A stretch of DNA of 28,506 bases, from IMG/VR virus record IMGVR_UViG_3300012971_000069, positions 1 through 28,506 of that record, one strand, 5' to 3'. Each line of letters opens with the position of its first letter. Positions within the stretch are counted from its first letter, which is position 1. Source of the stretch: a virus (lineage: Duplodnaviria; Caudoviricetes). The notes under the pieces were generated by a model that ran no database searches, was not told where the DNA came from, and saw only the letters and a program-made list of their open reading frames with translations. The position numbers were made by a program, and so were the translations under genes. This document shows positions 9,332 to 17,709 of this stretch, in pieces.

Positions 9332-10207
9332 TCAGATACGGCCGGCCGCGCGATCCTGCAGGTACTGCTGGACCATGCGGTCGTATTCGGGCGTCCCCTC
9401 GATTTTGCGAACGTCTTTGAGGGGCATGTTCTGAAGGTCGTGCATGACTACCTGGCCGATACGCCCGGCGCCATTGGCCGCCTCGGGTGTCGCGCGTGCG
9501 CCCACCGCGTGAGCGCGCGCGGCCTGCAGTTCCGCCTCGAGTTTGGTAATCCTGGCCTCGAGACCGCGACGTCCGATGGCGTGCACCTTGCGGGCGAAAT
9601 CGCTCATCGAGGCCGCGCCCATCAGGTCGCGCATGTCGTCGTCGGTGGCGCCGTCCAGCTCCTTGACCGTCGCAAAGTCGGCGGCCATCTGGGCGTGCAC
9701 CTGCTGACGCGCGATGTCGAGCGCCTGATTGCCCTGCAGCGTCTGGGTGTGGATGTCGGCCAGTTGACGGCCGGCGTCCTCGCGCTGCTGGAACGTGGGT
9801 GCCTGCAGTTGTTTGAACAAACCTTCGATACGCTCGTTGGCCTCGCGCTGCGCCCGCTGGACCATGTCCTGGTGCGCGCGTTCGGTTGCCTCGCGCTGAG
9901 CCGCGGCTCGACCTTCTGACAGACCGCGCTGATAGGCCTCTTCACCCCGCTGCCGCCGGGATTTTTTTTCCGGCTCAGGTTCGGGCTGAGCCGCCTGAGT
10001 GGATAAAGTGCCGGCGTCGGCTTCAGGAGAGGGTGTGGCTGCTGCGTCTTCGTCGTCCGTGCTGTCGTCGTCCGCGGCGGGTACTGGCTCGGGACTGCGC
10101 ACCGACTCTGGATAGATGTCGGCGTGCGGCCCGAGCTCGATGGTCTGGACCGTGTCCGCGGGCGCGACAGCAGGTGTGTCTTCAGACGCAGCAGGCTGCT
10201 CTGCCAT
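9332..10207 (-). CDS. putative scaffolding protein (291 aa; alternative ATG at 10216)
   Basis: Acidic, Pro-rich disordered N-terminus, coiled-coil middle and short C-terminal helix; directly upstream of the capsid gene. Confidence 0.75.
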   Translation of the reverse strand: MAEQPAASEDTPAVAPADTVQTIELGPHADIYPESVRSPEPVPAADDDSTDDEDAAATPSPEADAGTLSTQAAQPEPEPEKKSRRQRGEEAYQRGLSEGRAAAQREATERAHQDMVQRAQREANERIEGLFKQLQAPTFQQREDAGRQLADIHTQTLQGNQALDIARQQVHAQMAADFATVKELDGATDDDMRDLMGAASMSDFARKVHAIGRRGLEARITKLEAELQAARAHAVGARATPEAANGAGRIGQVVMHDLQNMPLKDVRKIEGTPEYDRMVQQYLQDRAAGRI

Positions 10208-10214
10208 CCGCGTC

Positions 10215-10243
10215 ATTGTGACCCTGAGGTCACATTACGTCAA
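10215..10243 (-). promoter_or_regulatory. sigma70-type promoter TTGACG-N17-CACAAT with an embedded inverted repeat TGTGACC-N4-GGTCACA
   Basis: -35 at 10243-10238 and -10 at 10220-10215. The ATG at 10207 follows after 7 nt (leaderless geometry). Dyad at 10217-10234. Confidence 0.65.
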
Positions 10244-10245
10244 AC

Positions 10246-13200
10246 TCAGGCAGCCGCCTGATGACCGGGGATGCCTTGCCACTGGCTGACATGCGCCGGT
10301 CGCGAGCCATACCAGCCCGGGTACCAGCCGCGTTCGAGAGCCTTGTCGAGCGCAAAATCGACACTCGCCTTCCAGGCCGCCGGATCACCCGGCTGATAGC
10401 CCGTGGCCTGGGTGAACTCATTGCCCATGCCGCTGACCGTGCCGTACTGCTGATAGCCCGGCCCGCCGTAATGCAACTGGAACGGCCACCATGACGACCC
10501 CGTACTGAACGTGCCACGCACGGCCGGATCGGTGAATGGCTCAGCGTTCGGATTGCGTGGATCACGACCACCCTCGAAGTAGGCCACACTCATGGCCACC
10601 TCGGGGTCAATGCCGCGTACGCGCGCGGCCTGGTCGATGTAGTTCTGAATGTCGCCAGGCTTAGGTGGGGTGTAACTCTGATCTGGCGTACCGCTGAAGT
10701 AGTTGGGCTGCTGGTACTGATAATCGGCCAACCCTGTCATCGGCGATGACGGACCCAGCGGCACGACCGCTTCAGGCCCCTGCTCGCCGATCAATGCCAG
10801 CGTCGGCTTCGTCACCACGCCACCACCGGCCATCGCCGGTATGTGTGTCTGCAATAGTGGACTGCGCTGATTCATGGCCGCCAGGAACGCGGCGTGCTGC
10901 TGCTGGCGCTGCTGCAGCGCCTGCTGACCGAGGTACGCCTGGGTGAGCGAGGTCGGCTCGTAGCCGACCACTGGCGACTGGTACGCGCCCGGCGCCCACT
11001 GGGCGCGCGCGACCGCCTGGTTGGGATCCATCTGCGCCAACAGCATGCCGCGCGCGTACTGCTGCGCCGCCGGCTCGATGCTCTGCCACACGCTGCGCTG
11101 GGTGTTGGGGTCCATCTGCTGCCACTGGCCGGAGGCGACCATCGGGCCGATGACCTGCTGCACCAGGTCGCCTTTGGCCGAGGTGTACGCGCGCTGCTCC
11201 TCGGGCGTGAGCAGGATCTGCGTGCCGGCGCCGTAGCTGATCGCGTTCGGCGGGCCGCCGATACTCTCACCGATATTGGCCAGCGCGGCGAGGATCGGAT
11301 TGCCGGCCACCTGGCGCGTGGGCAGTGGCGCGATGCCGCCCAGGCCCTGCTGCGGATTGGGCAGCGCCTCGCCGAGTGGCGACTGACGGACGGGCGTCAG
11401 CTGCCGCAAGCCGGGGATGTTCTGCGCCGCGGTCTGGCCGACCACCTCGAGCGGATTGAGCGACTCGGCGCGCCGCTGGTACGGATCGGTCATCGTCGCC
11501 ACCGAGCGCAGCGCGCCCGACATGGGCAGGTAACTGGCAGCCATGCCGCCGAGCGCGCGCTCCATGCCCGGCCCGGCGCCCTGCGAGAACGCGTCCACCA
11601 TGTCGCCGAGCTGCGTCAGCCCGGCCTCCGAGCCCATCAGCTCGAACATGCTTTTCGTGTAGCGTTCCGCCGCGTAGTCGACGCGCGACGCAGTACCCGG
11701 CACCACACCAAAGGGCGCCCGTCCGGCCAGAATCTCGGTGCGCTCCTGCTGAGACGGAAAGTTGACCGCGTCGGCGTAGTTGCCGACGAGCGCCATGGCG
11801 TACGCGCCGGGCAGGTGCTGGTAACTGTAGTAGCGGTCGCCGACGCGCACCGAGTACGGCTGCCAGCCCTGCGCCATCAGGCTCGCGCGTTCGGTCGGAT
11901 CCTCGGGCCCGGCGCCAGTGATCGTGCCGTCCATGCCCTTCATCGCCGCCGCGACGGCGATACCGGTGCCCAGCAGGTTGTTGGTGAAGCGCTCGCGCAG
12001 CGGACTGACCGCTTCAGCGCTGGGATGCACCAGCGGATTGGCCGCGTACGCGGCGCGCTGCTCGGGCGTGGCGTTGGCGCCCAGGCCGCGCAGCGCGGGC
12101 AGGATGTCGCCGAGCTCGACGTTGCGACCCTCGGTGGCGTACGGACCCTTGCCGGCCATGCCGCGAATGACGTCGATGAGCGTGCCGCCCAGCCCGATGG
12201 GCGACTGCTCGATGCGCTGTGTCTGGAAGTTCATGCCGATGCGGAACACCGGCCAGATGGTGCGACCGATAGGTCCGAGCGCGTTGATGAACTGCTCCAT
12301 CCTCGAGCCGAACCAGCCCAGTTGTCCCTGCAGCGCGGCGCGTTTGCCGACACCCTGGGCGGTATCCGTCCAGCCCGGTCGCGGGTTCTGCATCAGGTCC
12401 TGGGTGCGCGAGAACCAGTCGTAGCCGCTCAGGCCCTCGCGCGTGGCCTGCGTGCCGGCCATGCGGCCGAGCTCCATGCGTGCCACGATGTCCTGGGCGA
12501 TCTGTTGTAATCCGGCGTGCACCGCCATGGGCGTCTCGAAGACGCGCGCGATCGCGCTCTGGAGCGGCAAGCCGGCCTGTGAAAAACGCTGCCCGACGCT
12601 GGACGGATTGCGGTAGGCGCCTAGGAAACCCTGCACGAAGTCGAGCGGGATATCGCGCAGCGTGCTCAGGCCGGCAACCACCGAGCCCTGGATGCGTGAC
12701 GGCTGCCAGGTCATCAGGTCGTAGAAGCCGTGGCCGAAAAAGTTCCAGAGTGGCGCGACGAGGCTGTTCATCGCCACCTTGCCGACCGTCTGCAGACCCG
12801 AGACGACGCTGCCGACGTGGTACAGCTTGAACACGTCGCCCAGCGATGGACGCCCGAACGCATCGGCGTCCGGCATGGTCGCCTGCCACACGCCGGAGCC
12901 GCGCGCGCCGACGGGCGCCTGCCCACCGACACGTGCCGCCTCGCCCGGCGCGGCCTGCAGACCGGTTTCCTCGAGGGCTTGCTGCATCTGCCCGAACTGC
13001 TCACCAGCCGAGGGCGTGATGCCGGGCATCTGCAGTTGGCGCATCTCGACGCCCGGCTCGGCCTGCATCGTCGGCAGCGCGAAGGATGGCTCGGGCACGG
13101 GTGCCGCGCCGCTCGGCGCGCGCAGACCCATCTGCTCGATCTGCTGGTTCAGGCTGGCGATGTCACGCTGGAACTGCGCGGCGCGCTCCTGCGCCTGGAC

Positions 13201-16200
13201 GCGCGTGCCCCACTGGCCGAGCTGCTCGCCCGCGGCAGACACGGGCATGGCTCCGGGCCCGGCCTCCGCCGCGGACGGCATCAGACGCTGGAAGGGCTGA
13301 TCCTCGAACAGACCGATCTGCCCGGGCATGGCGCCCTCGGGCAGGAATTCGTTGGGCGGCAAGCGCGGCGGCGCAGCCAGACGACCCAGCATGCTGACCT
13401 GTTGCGGGTCGGCCAGGTCGATCTTGGCCAGCATATTGACCAACTCGTCGGTGCTCAGGCCGCTGCGCTGCGCCATGGCTTGCATCTGCTGGACGGCGAA
13501 CGCGGAGCCTTCAACGGGCTGACGCAGCACGCGCAGCGCGCGGCCGGCTTCTGCCGTGGCGCCCGTCAGCGCTTCCTGGATGGCGCCCTGCTGCAAGAGC
13601 TCGCCCATGAAGTTGGCGCGCGCGTCCAGACTCGTCGGATCCTGGCGCAGCAGCTCCTGCGCCTGGACCACGCGATCGCCCTGCGCCGCGAGCGCGTCGC
13701 TCATCGCCAGCAAGGTTTCGGCGTTGTGCGCCTGGCCCGGTTGCCAGTTGGCGACGATCTGGCCCACGTCGAGACCGGTCTGCTGGCTCAAGTCGCGCAC
13801 GGTCTGGTCGCCGAGCACGCCGCGGCGCGCGGCGGACATCGTTTCGGGCAGCGCCTCGGCCATCGACGAGATGGCGTCGCGCACCTCGACGGGATACTTG
13901 GCCAGGTTGATATTGACCGCGCGCTGCGCGAACTCTTCTGGATTGAGACCGGTTGGTAGCGCCGGCGGCTTGATCGTGCTGAGGATCTCGCCACTCGGTC
14001 CGTAGATGGTCGTCTCACCCGGCCGCTCGGCCGCGCCGAACAGCCGTCCGGTAGCAGACGCACCCGGCAGTTCGGGCGCTTCCATGCCGCCCACGGCCAC
14101 CATCGACTGCTGGTACGCCTGGGCATCCGCCGGTGTCATCTGCGCCGTGTCCACCGGTGTGACCCGCAAACGACCCTGATCGTCGTAGTGCGGGCCCATG
14201 CCGTACTGCTGACCGATGCGGCTCGCCGTGTCGATGGCCTCGAGTGGGCTCGGTGCCTCGAGCGCACCGCGCACCAGGCCCGCGCCGAGCGCCGCCGCGC
14301 CACCCAGCACCGGCGTCTCAGGCGACCAAGACGGAGTGATGTTCTGGGCGAGCTCCTGACGTGCCTGCGGGCTGAGCGCGTTAGCCGCGCCCTGGCCGAC
14401 CTGCTGCAGACCCTGACGGAAACCGGCCATCGGGCCCTGCTGCGTCAGGTCGGTCACCGACTGCGGCGTCTGCAGATAGTTGAGCAGTTGGTTGCCCTGG
14501 CCGAGCACGTTCTGCGCGCCCTGCTGCACGTTGGGTCCGACCTGCTGCGCCTGGTTCAGCAGTTGCTGGCCCTGGGCGATCAGGTTCTGACCCTGCTGCA
14601 CGAGCGCACTGGTCGAGTCCTGCGCCGTCTGCGCCACATTCTGGCCCGCGGTCTGGGCGGTCTGGCGCAGACCGGCGCCGAGGTCCTGCACGTTCTGCAA
14701 ACCGCCCTGGGCGACCTGCAGCAGCGGCGGGCCGAGTGAGCCCGGTGCCGGGTTGTAGTTGCCGGGTGGCGTGACCAGACCACCGGGCTGACCGGGCATG
14801 GGATGCGGACTCTGGCCGGGCGCGGGCACGGGAATGCCCTGCAAGATGCTCTGCACGTAGCGCTGCGTTTCCTCAAAGGGTGGCACGCCCCCGTACTTGT
14901 CGACCGCGCCATTGCCCGCGTTGTACGCGGCCAGCGTTTTGTGCCAGTCGCCGCCGTAGGTCTGCAAATTCTGGGCGTCCAGTCTGGCCGCGGCCTGCAG
15001 CGCCTGCTGCGGATTGGTCGGGTCGATGCCCATGCCGCGCGCCGTGTCGGGCATGAACTGCGCGATGCCGATCGCACCCGCTGGACTCTTCTTGGGCGAG
15101 CCGTCGCGGTTGAACGGCTCGAAACCCGACTCCTGCTGGATTTGGCGCACGAAGATCTCGGGGTCGATGCCCACGCTGCGCGCTGCCTGACGCGCCTGAT
15201 CTTGCAGACTGCCGGTCAGCGCGGCCAGCGTGCCCTGAGCCTGTCCAGATTGACCCTGGAGATACGGCCGCGGGTCAATGAGTTGATCGAGGGGATCGCC
15301 GCTCGCGGCGTTCTTGCGCACCTCGTAGTGCAGGTGCGGCGAGCCCTCGGTACCCGACTGTCCCATTGTCGCAATCGGCGTCCCGCGCTGGACCTGGTCG
15401 CCGATCTTCACGTTGGCCGAATCCAGGTGCATGTAGGCGTGCGTCAAACCGGCGTTGTCCTGCACGTAGACCACCAGTCCACCCGCTCCGCCAGGATCGT
15501 GGAAGACATTGGTGACCGTGCCGGGCATGAACGCATCGACTTCACTACCGATGCCCTTACCATTGCTGGGCACCAGGTCGACCCCACGGTGGGGTGTGCC
15601 GGTGCGGTAATCGCCCGTATAGGTCTGGCCGAAGTCGAACTGCGTCTTCCAGTTGGCGGCGATGTTCGGTCCGCTCGGTCCGCTCGGAGCGCTCGTGGGT
15701 AGCTGATCCGTAGTCGTGGCCGGCTCTGAGGCGTGCGGCAACACGGCGGTCTGCTGGGGCGCCGTCTGCGGCAGACCCAGCGTCTGGCGCGCGCGCCCCT
15801 GCGCCTCGGCGGGAATCGCGCCGAGTACCGACTGCACACCCTGGCTGACATCGCCGAGCGTGCCCTGCGACTGAGGTTGAGGTGGCGGCGTGAGACTGCT
15901 GATCTGCTGGTCGGCCCACTGCTGACCGAGCTCCTGAGCCGTGGCGGCCGGGCGCTGCTCCGGTGGGAGGCCGGCTGGGGGTGCGCCAGGTGGTGACGAC
16001 TCAGGTGCTGGTCCTGCCGGTGAGGTTGCGGCAGCCGGCGACGACGGATTCAACGGATTCAGTCCGCTCAGGTTGGAGATTTGCTGCTGGGCCCAGTCCT
16101 CGCCCGCGTTCCACTGGTGCTGGACGTTCTGACCCAGTTGCTGGAGTTGCTGCTGGCCCCACAGCAGACCGCCGCTCTGGTTGTACTGGTCGTCCGACAG

Positions 16201-16218
16201 CCAGAACCCGGAGGGCAT
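10246..16218 (-). CDS. giant putative ejection/internal virion protein (1990 aa) with M23 peptidase, SLT lytic transglycosylase and C-terminal lysozyme-like domains
   Basis: M23: HRGVD...YMHL...HLHYEV (about 15640-15260). SLT: QQESGF, GAIGIAQFMP, LAAYNAG, EETQRYV (about 15200-14840). Helical core with ITGAGP...GWQPYSVRVGDRYYSY as in podovirus large ejection proteins. C-terminal AARVRGIDPEVAMSVAYFEGG...WPFQLH. Confidence 0.85.
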   Translation of the reverse strand: MPSGFWLSDDQYNQSGGLLWGQQQLQQLGQNVQHQWNAGEDWAQQQISNLSGLNPLNPSSPAAATSPAGPAPESSPPGAPPAGLPPEQRPAATAQELGQQWADQQISSLTPPPQPQSQGTLGDVSQGVQSVLGAIPAEAQGRARQTLGLPQTAPQQTAVLPHASEPATTTDQLPTSAPSGPSGPNIAANWKTQFDFGQTYTGDYRTGTPHRGVDLVPSNGKGIGSEVDAFMPGTVTNVFHDPGGAGGLVVYVQDNAGLTHAYMHLDSANVKIGDQVQRGTPIATMGQSGTEGSPHLHYEVRKNAASGDPLDQLIDPRPYLQGQSGQAQGTLAALTGSLQDQARQAARSVGIDPEIFVRQIQQESGFEPFNRDGSPKKSPAGAIGIAQFMPDTARGMGIDPTNPQQALQAAARLDAQNLQTYGGDWHKTLAAYNAGNGAVDKYGGVPPFEETQRYVQSILQGIPVPAPGQSPHPMPGQPGGLVTPPGNYNPAPGSLGPPLLQVAQGGLQNVQDLGAGLRQTAQTAGQNVAQTAQDSTSALVQQGQNLIAQGQQLLNQAQQVGPNVQQGAQNVLGQGNQLLNYLQTPQSVTDLTQQGPMAGFRQGLQQVGQGAANALSPQARQELAQNITPSWSPETPVLGGAAALGAGLVRGALEAPSPLEAIDTASRIGQQYGMGPHYDDQGRLRVTPVDTAQMTPADAQAYQQSMVAVGGMEAPELPGASATGRLFGAAERPGETTIYGPSGEILSTIKPPALPTGLNPEEFAQRAVNINLAKYPVEVRDAISSMAEALPETMSAARRGVLGDQTVRDLSQQTGLDVGQIVANWQPGQAHNAETLLAMSDALAAQGDRVVQAQELLRQDPTSLDARANFMGELLQQGAIQEALTGATAEAGRALRVLRQPVEGSAFAVQQMQAMAQRSGLSTDELVNMLAKIDLADPQQVSMLGRLAAPPRLPPNEFLPEGAMPGQIGLFEDQPFQRLMPSAAEAGPGAMPVSAAGEQLGQWGTRVQAQERAAQFQRDIASLNQQIEQMGLRAPSGAAPVPEPSFALPTMQAEPGVEMRQLQMPGITPSAGEQFGQMQQALEETGLQAAPGEAARVGGQAPVGARGSGVWQATMPDADAFGRPSLGDVFKLYHVGSVVSGLQTVGKVAMNSLVAPLWNFFGHGFYDLMTWQPSRIQGSVVAGLSTLRDIPLDFVQGFLGAYRNPSSVGQRFSQAGLPLQSAIARVFETPMAVHAGLQQIAQDIVARMELGRMAGTQATREGLSGYDWFSRTQDLMQNPRPGWTDTAQGVGKRAALQGQLGWFGSRMEQFINALGPIGRTIWPVFRIGMNFQTQRIEQSPIGLGGTLIDVIRGMAGKGPYATEGRNVELGDILPALRGLGANATPEQRAAYAANPLVHPSAEAVSPLRERFTNNLLGTGIAVAAAMKGMDGTITGAGPEDPTERASLMAQGWQPYSVRVGDRYYSYQHLPGAYAMALVGNYADAVNFPSQQERTEILAGRAPFGVVPGTASRVDYAAERYTKSMFELMGSEAGLTQLGDMVDAFSQGAGPGMERALGGMAASYLPMSGALRSVATMTDPYQRRAESLNPLEVVGQTAAQNIPGLRQLTPVRQSPLGEALPNPQQGLGGIAPLPTRQVAGNPILAALANIGESIGGPPNAISYGAGTQILLTPEEQRAYTSAKGDLVQQVIGPMVASGQWQQMDPNTQRSVWQSIEPAAQQYARGMLLAQMDPNQAVARAQWAPGAYQSPVVGYEPTSLTQAYLGQQALQQRQQQHAAFLAAMNQRSPLLQTHIPAMAGGGVVTKPTLALIGEQGPEAVVPLGPSSPMTGLADYQYQQPNYFSGTPDQSYTPPKPGDIQNYIDQAARVRGIDPEVAMSVAYFEGGRDPRNPNAEPFTDPAVRGTFSTGSSWWPFQLHYGGPGYQQYGTVSGMGNEFTQATGYQPGDPAAWKASVDFALDKALERGWYPGWYGSRPAHVSQWQGIPGHQAAA

Positions 16219-16224
16219 GCCTGT

Positions 16225-17709
16225 CTAGAACAGACTCGTGCGCGCCACCGGCGCCTGCTGGCCGACGCGAGACGAGGAGTACTGCGACATGAAGGAGGGC
16301 AGGCTGTAGCCGGCCGCGCCCAGGCCCGAGCCGAAGGCCTGCAATTCGTCGGGCGACAGGCGCTCGAGGCTGCCCGGGCCGAGCGCCTGCGCACCGCGCG
16401 AGGCGATGCCTTTGATGGCGTCCAGCGTGTTGGCGTAGTTCCAGCCGGAGGTCGCTCCGCCGGTACCAGCGGCCGCGCCGGCGCCCTCGGCCTGACCGCC
16501 GCCCATGCCGGCCGCCAGACCGCCCATGCTGGCCGGCGTCGGCTGCTCGCCGCCGGTGGCCTGGAAGGAGGGCAGACCGAGATTGTTCTGCAGCGACTGC
16601 AGGTACACCGGCACGTTGGGGTTGGACGCCGCGCCGCGCAGATAGTTGGACAACTGGAAGGTGTTCTGCGGACCCTGCAACTGGGCCGCCGTCGACAGGT
16701 ACTGCTGACCGAGCTGACCCTGCTGCAAGCCGAGGTTCTTGTAGAACTCCTCGAGCTGCTGAGCCTGGGACTGGTTGAACTCGCGCGCGACCTCGGTCGG
16801 CGCGCCCTGGTACATGCCCGAGAGTTGCGCGTTCTGCAGGATCGAGGCGAGCGTCTGCTGTCCCTGAGCCGACGGGTTCTGGTAACCGGCTTGCTGCAAC
16901 GCGGCGTTCTCGGCGCGCGCCCACTGCTGAGCGGCGGCTTGTGGGTTGTTCTGGTTGTACTGCAGCCAGAACTGCTGCTGATCCGGGGGCAGGCTGTTGA
17001 ACGACTTGCCGGCCATGTTCATGCCCTGCTGCAGCAGCGCGTCGGGCGTCATGTTCGGATTGGTGAAGGTGCCCGTGAGTTGACCGGCCTGCAGCGCCTG
17101 GTTGTAGGCCTGCTGCTGCGCCTGCTGCGTCTGCTGGGCGGGACCGGTAGGCGGCCCCTGCGACAGACGCTGCAACGTGTTCCAGTCGGTCGGCGCGGCC
17201 TGGTTGATCATCGCCTGGGCGGTCGTGCCGCGCTGTCGCGCGAGTTGGTCGAGCGCCTGGGTGGTGACCATCTGCACCGAGCCGTCCTGGTTGACGATGC
17301 CGTACGCGTTGCCCAGACCGGGCTGATTCGAGGGCGCGGTCAGCACGGTACCGGGCGCGAACTGGTTGGGCGCCGGCTGGGCGAACTGACCGGTCACGCC
17401 GGCGGCCGCGAGGGCATTCTGCAACTGACTGCCGAGCAGCGCCTGGGCGGCGGACTGCTGCTGCTGGGTGGGCGTACCGGCGGGTGGCTGGCTCGGACCG
17501 CCGGCGCCCCACTGCATCCAGTTGCCGCCAGGCGCGAAGCCGAACTGGGTGCCGTAATTGGCGGCCTGGCTCTGGGCAGCCTGCTGCTGCTGGAACTGCA
17601 GCGCCAGCATGAACTGCTGCATCTGCTGCGACAGCGCCGCGTTCTGATAGCCGAGCAATCCGCCGGCGGTCTGGCCGGCGAAGACATCGAGACCGTCGCT
17701 GAAGCTCAT
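16225..17709 (-). CDS. Gln/Gly/Ala-rich putative ejection (pilot) protein (494 aa)
   Basis: Low-complexity QQQ-rich composition, no Cys, adjacent to the giant muralytic protein. GGAGGA lies 12 nt upstream of the ATG. Confidence 0.6.
   Translation of the reverse strand: MSFSDGLDVFAGQTAGGLLGYQNAALSQQMQQFMLALQFQQQQAAQSQAANYGTQFGFAPGGNWMQWGAGGPSQPPAGTPTQQQQSAAQALLGSQLQNALAAAGVTGQFAQPAPNQFAPGTVLTAPSNQPGLGNAYGIVNQDGSVQMVTTQALDQLARQRGTTAQAMINQAAPTDWNTLQRLSQGPPTGPAQQTQQAQQQAYNQALQAGQLTGTFTNPNMTPDALLQQGMNMAGKSFNSLPPDQQQFWLQYNQNNPQAAAQQWARAENAALQQAGYQNPSAQGQQTLASILQNAQLSGMYQGAPTEVAREFNQSQAQQLEEFYKNLGLQQGQLGQQYLSTAAQLQGPQNTFQLSNYLRGAASNPNVPVYLQSLQNNLGLPSFQATGGEQPTPASMGGLAAGMGGGQAEGAGAAAGTGGATSGWNYANTLDAIKGIASRGAQALGPGSLERLSPDELQAFGSGLGAAGYSLPSFMSQYSSSRVGQQAPVARTSLF

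Noticed and set aside
10217-10234. Canonical CRP site
   Set aside because: Half-sites are separated by 8 nt rather than 6; kept only as an unassigned dyad.
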